From assembly GCA_039815185.1 (NCBI GenBank), contig JBCBZT010000086.1:1-22315 (forward strand): a stretch of DNA of 22,315 nucleotides, read 5' to 3'. Both the position numbers and the translations under genes were made by a program. This DNA is from Cyanobacteria bacterium P01_A01_bin.123. GTDB taxonomy: Bacteria; Cyanobacteriota; Cyanobacteriia; Phormidesmidales; Phormidesmidaceae. The notes under the pieces are model-generated. The model did not search any database. It was not told the DNA's origin and saw nothing but the letters and a program-made list of their open reading frames with translations. This document shows positions 1 through 7,902 of this stretch, piece by piece (positions within the stretch are counted from its first letter, which is position 1; every line of letters starts with the position of its first letter).

Positions 1-498
1 ACGAGTCTGAACAATTTGGCCAATTTATACTATGCACAAGGTCGCTATGGGGAGGCCGAACCCCTGTTCTTGCAAGCCTTAGAGATCACTAAAGCCAGCC
101 TGGGTGAGGCCCATCCCTATGTGGCCACGAGGCTGAACAATTTGGCCAATTTATACAAGGCACAAGGACGCTATGGGGAGGCCGAACCCCTGTACTTGCA
201 AGACTTAGAGATCACTAAAGCCAGCCTGGGTGAGGCCCATCCCGATGTGGCTACGAGTCTGAACAATTTGGCCAATTTATACTATGCACAAGGTCGCTAT
301 GGGGAGGCCGAACCCCTGTTCTTGCAAGCCTTAGAGATCACTAAAGCCAGCCTGAGTGAGGCCCATCCCTATGTGGCCACGAGTCTGAACAATTTGGCCA
401 ATTTATACTCGGATCAAGGTCGCTATGGGGAGGCCGAACCCCTCTATCTCCGATCAAGGGACATTTTGTTTCAGTCCCTGGGAGAGAGTCATCCTAAT
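1..498 (+). repeat. 126-bp tandem repeat array (TPR units), about 4 copies
   Basis: ctgaacaatttggccaatttatac recurs at 7, 133, 259 and 385 (period 126). Confidence 0.95.
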
Positions 499-627
499 AC
501 TCAGAGGGGGTGGAACAACTTTGTCGGTTGCGTGAGGCAAGCCCTTGACTCTGGGCAAGCCGATGCCCTGTCAGATCACCCCATTACCCAGGACATATTG
601 CAACAGCTATGGTCTGAAGGTGAATAG
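1..627 (+). CDS. C-terminal part of a TPR-repeat protein (42-aa TPR_10/TPR_12-type repeats, typical of NB-ARC-TPR NLR-like proteins); 5' end lies outside the window
   Basis: Frame +1 is open from base 1 (TSLNNLA...) to TAG 625-627. Repeats of HPxVATxLNNLANLYxxQGRYGEAEPL end in the capping sequence LGESHPNT. Confidence 0.93.
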   Translation, partial: TSLNNLANLYYAQGRYGEAEPLFLQALEITKASLGEAHPYVATRLNNLANLYKAQGRYGEAEPLYLQDLEITKASLGEAHPDVATSLNNLANLYYAQGRYGEAEPLFLQALEITKASLSEAHPYVATSLNNLANLYSDQGRYGEAEPLYLRSRDILFQSLGESHPNTQRGWNNFVGCVRQALDSGQADALSDHPITQDILQQLWSEGE

Positions 628-741
628 CTGATACCTGCGGGCTGCCTAAACGCTCACAGCTCCACCCGTGGGCGTCTTGTTTTATGGGGAAATAACAACT
701 CAATTGACATGTAATTGAAATTTGTAAGTGTCAGATTGGAT

Positions 742-773
742 AAATAAAAAGCGAGTGATTTCAGATCACTCAC
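742..773 (-). terminator. Rho-independent terminator of the antirepressor gene
   Basis: GAGTGAT-ttcag-ATCACTC inverted repeat (753-771) overlaps the stop codon and is followed on the minus strand by GCTTTTTATTT. Confidence 0.7.
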
Positions 774-1557
774 CCATCAAGAACTGGCGGTTCCCTCGCT
801 TAGCGCCCATAGCTTGATCCAATTCGTTTAACAAATGGCGCGGCAATTTCTTCGTTACATGTGCACTGGGCTCTTCAATCCATTGCTCATCACCGACGCC
901 GATGGAACGTAGCCATGCCCGACATTGGTCATTCGCCTTCTTGCCCTTGCCGAAACCGTAGCGCTTGGCTAAATAGGTGATGCCCACCTCCTCGAACTGT
1001 TCAACTGGACGCCCTGTGTAGTCCACCATCACCGTAGTGGGGACTTCCACCTCGACGACTGCACCGGGTTGACCGAAGGTGATCGCAGGTAGGGACGGGT
1101 TGATGATGGCCAACATGTGAGTGGCAGAAGCAAGCCGCTCCTGAGCCTTCACCTTGCCTTCTTCAGCGCGGGCGATCGCTAGCTCTAGCTTCAGCTTCTC
1201 AATCTCATGGGCTTGAGCAGGGATGATGGTCTTGACCTGTCGCTCACACTCCAAGAAGTAGCGGCGGATCTCCTTGCCCTTCTGAGTGCCCGCCATCATA
1301 CCCAGGGATTTGAAGCAGTCAATGGTGAGCATGATCTGCTCAGACGGACGACCACCCTGAATCCTTTGCTGTGCGGAGTTTACACTCGTTTGGGTAAAAA
1401 CCCTGTAATCCACATTAGGCTCAAAGTTATTGATCAATCTGTTTTTAGCCTGTTGCTTTTTGTTGTACCCAATCCATCGCCACGCATCATCGAAATCAAC
1501 GGGAAACTCATTCGTAGATTGGGTTAGCGCTAATGCTAGCTCATGCGAAAAATCCAT
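766..1557 (-). CDS. Phage antirepressor (AntA/AntB-like N-terminal DNA-binding domain, coiled coil, C-terminal domain)
   Basis: FPVDFDDAWRWIGY...NFEPNVDY...GGRPSEQIMLTIDCFKSLGMMAGTQKGKEIRRYFLECE matches the antirepressor pattern. ATG at 1557 has AGGTG upstream; GTG at 1566 is the alternative start. Confidence 0.82.
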   Translation of the reverse strand: MDFSHELALALTQSTNEFPVDFDDAWRWIGYNKKQQAKNRLINNFEPNVDYRVFTQTSVNSAQQRIQGGRPSEQIMLTIDCFKSLGMMAGTQKGKEIRRYFLECERQVKTIIPAQAHEIEKLKLELAIARAEEGKVKAQERLASATHMLAIINPSLPAITFGQPGAVVEVEVPTTVMVDYTGRPVEQFEEVGITYLAKRYGFGKGKKANDQCRAWLRSIGVGDEQWIEEPSAHVTKKLPRHLLNELDQAMGAKRGNRQFLMGE

Positions 1558-1599
1558 AGGAATCACCTATAGGTAAATGTTGGTATGTGGAGTTCAGAC

Positions 1600-1682
1600 G
1601 CAATCGCAGGACTTGGAAAGGGTGCGATCGCAACTTGACCCTCTAAGCCAAGGTCAGCGACAAGTCCTTTTGCCTAAGAGGG
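1600..1682 (-). promoter_or_regulatory. Structured leader upstream of the antirepressor (competing stems)
   Basis: AGGACTTG (1608-1615) pairs with CAAGTCCT (1661-1668), enclosing TCGC/GCGA and TGACC/GGTCA stems. Competing hairpin: GCAATCGCA (1600-1608) with TGCGATCGC (1623-1631). Confidence 0.5.
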
Positions 1683-1708
1683 ATGGTGCAGTAGGAAGTA
1701 TGGATGGT

Positions 1709-1984
1709 TCAATCATCTTCCGACCTAAAAACGATGATCTCTTCTAAGCGCACTTCCCTGCCGAGCCACTCAGAAGCAAGCTTTTGAAGCGCTATCAAAG
1801 TATCTATCTGACAGCGATCCAAAAACCCTTTTTTAGCAGACGACAGCGTGCGCCTATCCAATCCTGTCTTCCGAATGGCTTCCGAGATCGGGAAGTCATC
1901 GGGCCAGAATTTGGATAGATCGACGTAATTTGCCATAACCGCGCCTTGCTCAACTATGGCTAGTGTACTGGTGCGCTGAGTCAT
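1709..1984 (-). CDS. Small Cro/C1-type helix-turn-helix regulator
   Basis: ISEAIRKTGLDRRTLSSAKKG...RCQIDTLIAL...VRLEEII resembles an XRE/HTH_26 domain. ATG at 1984 is preceded by GAGGTG (alternative ATG at 1936). Divergent from the early genes. Confidence 0.75.
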   Translation of the reverse strand: MTQRTSTLAIVEQGAVMANYVDLSKFWPDDFPISEAIRKTGLDRRTLSSAKKGFLDRCQIDTLIALQKLASEWLGREVRLEEIIVFRSEDD

Positions 1985-2015
1985 AAACACCTCAATAGCT
2001 CAACGTTATGGGCAA

Positions 2016-2044
2016 ATGTTAGCTTGCAATCAATAATACGTCAA
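2016..2044 (-). promoter_or_regulatory. Leftward sigma70-type promoter for the HTH/antirepressor operon
   Basis: Minus strand TTGACG (2044-2039), 17-bp spacer, TAACAT (2021-2016). Confidence 0.6.
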
Positions 2045-2056
2045 CACACTAAGCTA

Positions 2057-2085
2057 TTGACACGTTGATACGTCAACGTTATATT
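2057..2085 (+). promoter_or_regulatory. Rightward sigma70-type promoter with an operator palindrome in the spacer
   Basis: TTGACA (2057-2062), 17-bp spacer, TATATT (2080-2085). Palindrome ACGTTGA-tacg-TCAACGT at 2062-2079. Confidence 0.8.
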
Positions 2086-2119
2086 GGGGATATAGCAAAC
2101 GGACACACCCACCACCGCC

Positions 2120-2353
2120 ATGAAACTCACCGCAGCCCACAACATCAACGAATTGCGCCAAGCGATTTACGCGGCTTGTGGCGTCGCGGGTTTCAGCAAG
2201 GGCTACCGCTCTCGCAAGCTGCGTAAAGTCTGCCCCTTCGCACAAGGGCTCGACCTGCGTCGCAAAGCAGATGTGGTTGCCTTAGCTGAGCACCTGGGCC
2301 TGATCGCGCCCAAGGTGGTTCATGTGGACTTCGGTGGTGTGCAAGCTGCTTAG
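2120..2353 (+). CDS. Small basic hypothetical phage early protein
   Basis: First ORF after the consensus promoter; ATG start, 77 aa, no family recognised. Confidence 0.7.
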   Translation: MKLTAAHNINELRQAIYAACGVAGFSKGYRSRKLRKVCPFAQGLDLRRKADVVALAEHLGLIAPKVVHVDFGGVQAA

Positions 2354-2370
2354 GGGCATCTACACGAGGC

Positions 2371-2424
2371 AAAACAAATCCCCCGGCTGCGAAGCTTTCT
2401 CAGGGCAACACGCAGCACGGGGGA
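2371..2424. terminator. GC-rich stem-loop; terminator-like on the minus strand
   Basis: TCCCCCG-GCTGCG (2379-2391) pairs with CGCAGC-a-CGGGGGA (2411-2424). The preceding AAAACAAA is a U-rich tail on the minus strand. Confidence 0.55.
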
Positions 2425-2449
2425 GAGCAAAATCTATTGAGATTTGAAC

Positions 2450-3013
2450 ATGATTACAACACAAACACTCAAAAAACGCCAACCCGTCACCCTTGAAACC
2501 CCCGTCTATCGGCTACTCAAAGGTCAACGGGTACTGCACAACGGCACCGTCCTCAAAGTCGCCCGCGTCTTCGCCTGCTTCACCCGTGAAAGTGGCTGGC
2601 ACGTTCACCTACTGCCCCTGGACTATGAACCCCTACCCGGCTGGGAGTCCTACGACCCCAACCCCTGGAGCCAAGCCCAGAGTGCAGCAGAACTCAAAGC
2701 CCGCGCCCATGAAGCACGGTACCTGATCCGCGTCTCTTCCCCTGAAGATGGCACCCTCCCAGTTGTCCTCGAAGACTGGGACTTGCGTACCGACATCCAA
2801 GGCAACGATCACCTCACCCATGGCGAAGAACCCCCCATCTTCTCCTACCGGGTGCAACTCAAAAGCCCAACTACAGACGACGACAACCCGATCGCGCTCA
2901 AGACCTTACACCTACTCACGGATCTGCAACAGTGGCAAATTCCTGAGCTAGTCAATCGCTGCTATCGCGGCTACTGGCTCTATTGCCATGCCCAAGACGC
3001 TCTAGAGATCTAA
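2450..3013 (+). CDS. Hypothetical phage protein
   Basis: Long ORF in the early-gene direction; ATG at 2450 (TTG at 2444 alternative); no family recognised. Confidence 0.7.
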   Translation: MITTQTLKKRQPVTLETPVYRLLKGQRVLHNGTVLKVARVFACFTRESGWHVHLLPLDYEPLPGWESYDPNPWSQAQSAAELKARAHEARYLIRVSSPEDGTLPVVLEDWDLRTDIQGNDHLTHGEEPPIFSYRVQLKSPTTDDDNPIALKTLHLLTDLQQWQIPELVNRCYRGYWLYCHAQDALEI

Positions 3014-3063
3014 GGCAATTGGGGCACCTTTGCCCCTCCTATATCCCTTCACCCCAAAAAACC

Positions 3064-3387
3064 ATGCAACAACCGAACCCATTAACTCAAGCCCAGGCAA
3101 CCGACTTAGAAACGCGTCTGCGTGAATATCAAGCCATTGAAGCGCAGTATCGGCAACTTGAAGCAAAGCGGGCTGATATGATCGCTCACATTTGCCGCAC
3201 TTTAGTAGGTTGCGGGCAAGACAACCACGAATTCACCACCTACATCCTGTTAGATAACGGAGCCCCCGCCCTAGTTACTATTCATGAGCGCTGGGAGAAA
3301 TACGAATGGCAGATGGGTGGTGATCCTGCCTTGGAGGTTGTCCCCCTGCGATCGCTGGTTGATGCATTGGAGGGTAGCAATGAATGA
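3064..3387 (+). CDS. Hypothetical phage protein with N-terminal coiled coil
   Basis: ATG at 3064 (MQQPNPLT) avoids overlap with the previous gene. LETRLREYQAIEAQYRQLEAKR looks like a coiled coil. The stop overlaps the next start (ATGAATGA). Confidence 0.7.
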   Translation: MQQPNPLTQAQATDLETRLREYQAIEAQYRQLEAKRADMIAHICRTLVGCGQDNHEFTTYILLDNGAPALVTIHERWEKYEWQMGGDPALEVVPLRSLVDALEGSNE

Positions 3388-3562
3388 GCTGGCAACCGGG
3401 ATACGCATAGTACGGCTTGACGGCGAAATTCTAGCTTTCGCTGAGTGCTTAGGTACTGCTTTGGACTTCTGGATTGAGATCCATACGGATGGTGATCCGA
3501 AAGACGAGGTAACCATTTGGGCGGATGGATCTCTCGTTGCGACTACAAAAAAGTTGACTTAG
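3380..3562 (+). CDS. Small hypothetical phage protein (60 aa)
   Basis: GGAGGG RBS before ATG at 3380; 8-bp overlap with the upstream gene. Confidence 0.65.
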   Translation: MNELATGIRIVRLDGEILAFAECLGTALDFWIEIHTDGDPKDEVTIWADGSLVATTKKLT

Positions 3563-3595
3563 CAAACATAACCAGATCGAGAAATTGGTTGAGGA

Positions 3596-4561
3596 ATGGA
3601 TATTTTACAAGGATTAGAGTCGGGAAAGCTACGGCTTGGATCGCTCTGCAAACGAAAGCATGACTGGAATGGCACAGGACAAAGTGTAAGGCGAGTTTTG
3701 AAGGGCAGGACAGACGCGCCGTGCGTTGATTGCCAGAAGCTTACTCACTCTAGGTACACCAAGGCATTTAAGTCTCGGCTCAAGGGAAGGACACCTTCAA
3801 GCCTAGAAATTCAGCTTGGAGTTGACTGTCAAGCTTATTACCTGGGTAATTTGACTTGTGGTCATAACTATAAAGATTCGGGCTACTCGTTGAGGCGAAT
3901 AGGCAATAGGCAATGTGTTCAATGTGAATCTGAAAGAGTCAAGGAAAATCGTATTCGTGATCGAAAAAAGTTCTCGGATCGCGGTAAGGAATATTACGCA
4001 AAAAACAGAGAAGAAGTTTTGCGCCGTCAGAAAGAGTACTATTCCATACCTGAAAATGCAGACAAACGCAGAGAAGGTACTCGTGTAGCGACGCGAAAGT
4101 ATAGATCTTCTCTTGAATACAAAAACAAGTTAAATATTTACCGTGAGGCACGTCGGACACAGATCAGGGAGCGTAATCGGCAATATAAACGCACCAAAAG
4201 AGGAAAAGCCTGTCTGGCAAAAAGCAATCATCAACGAAGATGCAAAAAACTCAATCAGCATTTCTCAACATACTCAATAGACGAAATGATGGTTAGATAT
4301 GCTGAGTTTAAGGATCAATGCGCTTATTGCGGCAATATTTCTGCGATAGGCATTGATCACTTCATTCCGTTTACCCTTGGTGGTTCGGATGTTATTGGCA
4401 ATATTATTCCATGTTGTGAGTGGTGCAACTCTAGCAAGTGCAATAGCGATCCCTTTGAGTGGTATTCAAGGCAATCGTTTTATAAAAAGTCACGGTGGAA
4501 AAGAATTTTGAAGGTTTTGGGAAAGACCCAACGAAACTACATGCAAATACCATTGATTTAG
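3596..4561 (+). CDS. HNH endonuclease with two N-terminal Cys/His modules
   Basis: C-terminal CAYCG...IDHFIP...GG...NIIPCCEWCNSSK is an HNH motif. Basic helical linker. AT-rich and HIP1-free. Confidence 0.9.
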   Translation: MDILQGLESGKLRLGSLCKRKHDWNGTGQSVRRVLKGRTDAPCVDCQKLTHSRYTKAFKSRLKGRTPSSLEIQLGVDCQAYYLGNLTCGHNYKDSGYSLRRIGNRQCVQCESERVKENRIRDRKKFSDRGKEYYAKNREEVLRRQKEYYSIPENADKRREGTRVATRKYRSSLEYKNKLNIYREARRTQIRERNRQYKRTKRGKACLAKSNHQRRCKKLNQHFSTYSIDEMMVRYAEFKDQCAYCGNISAIGIDHFIPFTLGGSDVIGNIIPCCEWCNSSKCNSDPFEWYSRQSFYKKSRWKRILKVLGKTQRNYMQIPLI

Positions 4562-5484
4562 TTTTGCCAGCCTTTCGACAATGGTGCCAAGACCCTCTGA
4601 CTTGGGTTCCTCAAGGGATCTTCAGTCCATGCTTTATGACGCTTAGAAATACGAGGCATAACTGGACTCAAGACACTTCGGCAAGAAAAATGCAACGGTG
4701 GGCGATTAGCTTGAATCTGGTCTCCCTTTAAAATTAAACCGTTTCTAGATCGGCAAATATCAGTAGTTCGACTGTCATCAATCGAAAGAAATCGAAACGC
4801 CTCGACCAATTCTGATTGCTGTGCCGTAGCAATTCGCCCCGTGTTATAAGCAAAACCAGTTTCCGTTCTGGAAATATTGCTAGCCCGCGATCGCGATACG
4901 GTTAATGTCCGCTGAATTCGATCCAACAGTTGTCGTCTACTAATCGGCAGCCCGGTTGTGGGCTGCGGAACGATGGCGCTAACTAGATCAAGCTTGAGTT
5001 GGTTGAGCAAGTCGCGCGAGAAGTTGCCCGCGATCGCGATCACTCTATTCAACACTGCTGTTTGGGCTGCCGTGTTGAATAGTATTGCTGGTTGAAGCTG
5101 TAGCATCTGCTGAAGCGCGGCAGCAACTTCAGCACTGATAAATCGGGCAAAGTTTTGGGGTACGACTGATCGCATTTCAGCCAGCATGTCAATGCCGCCC
5201 AATTGATAGCCGCTCTCCCAAAGCTGATAGATGGGGCGTTGGAGCGCTCCGGAGAGTCCCCAGTCCAGCTCGTTAATTGCTTGGATATCTCCACGATCAA
5301 CTGCACGTAAGCCTTGAAACAGAACGCGATCGCCTTCGCGCTCTATCTCTGCCATCTGCCCCGCGATCGCTTGGTCTTCAACCCGATCCAACCCCGACTG
5401 GATATTCTCAAGCGGTATCAGTGGGACATCGTTGGGAAACGGCGTCTCGTTGAATAGGACAGCATCAAAAACCGAATCAATCAC
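4558..5484 (-). CDS. Phage minor head / head morphogenesis protein (Mu gpF, SPP1 gp7 family)
   Basis: RASNISRTETGFAYNTGR...DDSRTTDICRSRNG...PPLHFSCRS is the family signature. Confidence 0.9.
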   Translation of the reverse strand: MIDSVFDAVLFNETPFPNDVPLIPLENIQSGLDRVEDQAIAGQMAEIEREGDRVLFQGLRAVDRGDIQAINELDWGLSGALQRPIYQLWESGYQLGGIDMLAEMRSVVPQNFARFISAEVAAALQQMLQLQPAILFNTAAQTAVLNRVIAIAGNFSRDLLNQLKLDLVSAIVPQPTTGLPISRRQLLDRIQRTLTVSRSRASNISRTETGFAYNTGRIATAQQSELVEAFRFLSIDDSRTTDICRSRNGLILKGDQIQANRPPLHFSCRSVLSPVMPRISKRHKAWTEDPLRNPSQRVLAPLSKGWQN

Positions 5485-5960
5485 ACAGGTTCCAGATCGG
5501 TGAAAGTGAACGTGCCTCGGAGAAAAGGAATTGTGATAAATCCACCATTCCCCTGCACTTCAGCAAAGCGAGTTGTGGCTGAGTAACCACCGTTGCCTTG
5601 TATCTCAACACAGCGATCGCCAGTGTCGGTATATTCAGCAAGGGCGATCGCGATTTGTCGCGCTACCCAATTAAAACGTGCCGACTGCTGGGTTCTAGTC
5701 TTGACAGAAATAGGGAGGAAATAGTCAATATTTGCACTGCACTCTTCAGCTAATTCCCCTGAAAACGAAGTACGGTAAACCATCAGTGCGGGGAAATCAG
5801 TAGCTGTTTTGAGATCAGTTTGATGATCTGCCACAGAACGCACCACGACCAGAATGGGCAATTCTTCAGCGGTGTAATATTCCTCAGCTTTGCTATTGAG
5901 ATGTTCTCTGAGGTAAAGCGCGATCGCTCTAATTACCTCATCAGTGTCAGGATTGAGCAT
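5481..5960 (-). CDS. Putative tail terminator / tail completion protein
   Basis: 159-aa acidic protein with a FPALMVY strand, lying directly after the virion morphogenesis gene and coupled by overlaps. The function is inferred from position. Confidence 0.55.
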   Translation of the reverse strand: MLNPDTDEVIRAIALYLREHLNSKAEEYYTAEELPILVVVRSVADHQTDLKTATDFPALMVYRTSFSGELAEECSANIDYFLPISVKTRTQQSARFNWVARQIAIALAEYTDTGDRCVEIQGNGGYSATTRFAEVQGNGGFITIPFLRGTFTFTDLEPV

Positions 5961-6409
5961 TATTCATCAAGTGCTATAAGCAGTGTGGCTTCAACTTCTT
6001 CCAGTAGTTCATCATGGATAAAGATCATGGGGCGTTTTCGTTGCAACCCCCTTGCTTTCGGGAGCGCCGTCCCAAACTCAATTTCGTTTTTGCCTACGTT
6101 ATAGATTTGCCCATCTCCGGTGAAGCTTTGCTGTAGTTCTCCAGTGTCGCGCAGGACTTGCCCACCTTCCCGTCGCGGATTCGCCTTTAGGTAAGGATCG
6201 GTAAGCGCGGGCCAGTTTACCCCGCCATAGACCACGCCCCCAGCGCGAACCCTAGGAGCGCTGTTGAAGCGTTCATCTACATCAGCAACCAATATTTGCT
6301 GAATTGCTGCTTTGCGCTCTCTGAAATCACTGATTTTTGTAGCGGAATCAATGAGCGCGATCGCTTCTGTTAAACCCTCAATTGTGATTGCATTAGGAGA
6401 TGGTGCCAT
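5960..6409 (-). CDS. Phage virion morphogenesis protein (Mu gpG / P2 gpS-like neck protein)
   Basis: ERFNS...WPALT...LRDTGELQQS...IEFGT...KRPMI pattern. Confidence 0.8.
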   Translation of the reverse strand: MAPSPNAITIEGLTEAIALIDSATKISDFRERKAAIQQILVADVDERFNSAPRVRAGGVVYGGVNWPALTDPYLKANPRREGGQVLRDTGELQQSFTGDGQIYNVGKNEIEFGTALPKARGLQRKRPMIFIHDELLEEVEATLLIALDE

Positions 6410-7107
6410 TACGGTCTAGGAATGAATGTGTAGGATGTGGTGACAGTATTTGACTGTGGTTCAGTTTGACCAATTTCAAGAGAAGTAATCCACTGAAGCG
6501 TGTAACGCTTTGTCTGATCTGTTAAAACAAATGCAAACGATTCTTCATCCGACGGATCATTCAGCACAAATTGTGATTCTAGAATCAAAACTTGGGTATC
6601 AAAATCACGCACTTGTATGACAAATCGCCACCTTGGAGCCCCTGGATCTGGAGCGTTATAAACCACTCGTAAGGATGAACCACCAAATTCAAAAGAACGA
6701 TATGCCATCACGCCATCACCGCCCTCACCCGATTGGCTCAGGGAAACAGTAGCACTCCTAGGTAAGCCCTCATCTAAAGTCGCGACATCCGGCCAGTCCA
6801 ATAAATCAAACTGCCAGTCATTAATCCAACGAAAAAATGCTGTGCGATCGCGCTGCCTACCCTGTCTGTTTTGAATTTCTCTGCCCGCGATCGCGTTTGG
6901 AGCCAACGGCGACAAAGCTAACCACCCTTGCTGAGTTTGAAATAGGGTGCACTCCCCAGGGGGGACAGTGCCACCGCAAGTTGCTCTGATAGGCGATCGC
7001 CCATTCACGCGCACACTGATTTGTTGCCCAGTGTTTCCACCCCCTGGCGATCGCCCATTCAGGACCGACTGGGCTTGTGCGATCAGTTTTGCTAGTGCAT
7101 CCTCCAA
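6409..7107 (-). CDS. Hypothetical phage structural-region protein
   Basis: The 232-aa ORF fills the operon gap. Only a TTG start is available, one codon after and in frame with the upstream TAG. Confidence 0.7.
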   Translation of the reverse strand: MEDALAKLIAQAQSVLNGRSPGGGNTGQQISVRVNGRSPIRATCGGTVPPGECTLFQTQQGWLALSPLAPNAIAGREIQNRQGRQRDRTAFFRWINDWQFDLLDWPDVATLDEGLPRSATVSLSQSGEGGDGVMAYRSFEFGGSSLRVVYNAPDPGAPRWRFVIQVRDFDTQVLILESQFVLNDPSDEESFAFVLTDQTKRYTLQWITSLEIGQTEPQSNTVTTSYTFIPRP

Positions 7108-7110
7108 AGC

Positions 7111-7902
7111 CTAAAACCCAAACACTGTTTGCAAATCATCAACCAAGGTGTTGAAATTGGAAACTTGTGTGGCATCCCATCCACTAGCCAGCCCCATCAT
7201 GGCAAGCTGGCGGCTCGACACATCGGTGGCTGATCCAGCTCTGTTTTCTGCCCCAAAATACATGTTGAGAGATGGGGGAGCGACGCTGCTCTCGGACGCA
7301 GATTGCGACAGAGTTCCGTCCCTGTAAAGAGCATGGGTAGAACTGGATGTGCGGCTAACTACCCACAACCCAGTAGAGTCGGTTATGTTTGATGTGGTTT
7401 CGGCAGTCCCGCTAATGTTAATGCCCCAACGCGCTTGGTTAGCACTAGTGCGTGTCAGGTTTGTCGAGAAATCAGATGGGCTACCCCCATCGTTAATACC
7501 AAATTCACGGCTCGTAGATTGAGAGTTAGTGCGGCTGTAATAGAGCGCCAGCGCGGAATTTTGAGCCCAATTTCCGCCCGCTGTTACTGGGTTAAAGCCA
7601 GTGTTAATTGCCCCGGTAATGCCCTGCCCCGCCACATGGGCGCCGCTGATATTAGATCCGGTAAAGCTTGTGCCTTTGATGTTCAGCAGAGCATCGGTGA
7701 TGTTGTCGAGGAAATTTAGGTAGATCAGATCAATGGTGGTGTACAGCCCATCAGCCTTTAGCCCTACAAAAAAGGCATTGATCGCATCTAGCTCAGCCGT
7801 TGAGTAGGATGCGGTGAGCCTACCTATAAAAGCTTGAGCATCAGCATCAGTTGCGCCGCCGCTGCCCTGAGACGCGATCGCGCCATGTCGCATAACGAGC
7901 AT
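7111..7902 (-). CDS. Putative tail-associated protein with a LamG/concanavalin-A-like domain
   Basis: N-terminal DADAQAFI...AINAFFVGLKADGLY, then beta-rich GLWVVSRTSSSTHALYRDG...MYFGA typical of LamG-like folds. Coupled to the tail fibre gene. Confidence 0.6.
   Translation of the reverse strand: MLVMRHGAIASQGSGGATDADAQAFIGRLTASYSTAELDAINAFFVGLKADGLYTTIDLIYLNFLDNITDALLNIKGTSFTGSNISGAHVAGQGITGAINTGFNPVTAGGNWAQNSALALYYSRTNSQSTSREFGINDGGSPSDFSTNLTRTSANQARWGINISGTAETTSNITDSTGLWVVSRTSSSTHALYRDGTLSQSASESSVAPPSLNMYFGAENRAGSATDVSSRQLAMMGLASGWDATQVSNFNTLVDDLQTVFGF

Noticed and set aside
701..717. TTGACA inside the imperfect palindrome CAATTGACATGTAATTG
   Set aside because: No properly spaced -10 element and no downstream plus-strand gene.
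628..765. attL matching a site near 14240, or the missing RAYT N-terminus
   Set aside because: No shared core sequence or RAYT-like coding remnant was seen; no integrase or tRNA is in the window.
6992..7061. 16-bp repeat GGCGATCGCCCATTCA at 6992 and 7046
   Set aside because: Half of it is the HIP1 octamer and both copies are in-frame coding (NGRSP); too weak to interpret.
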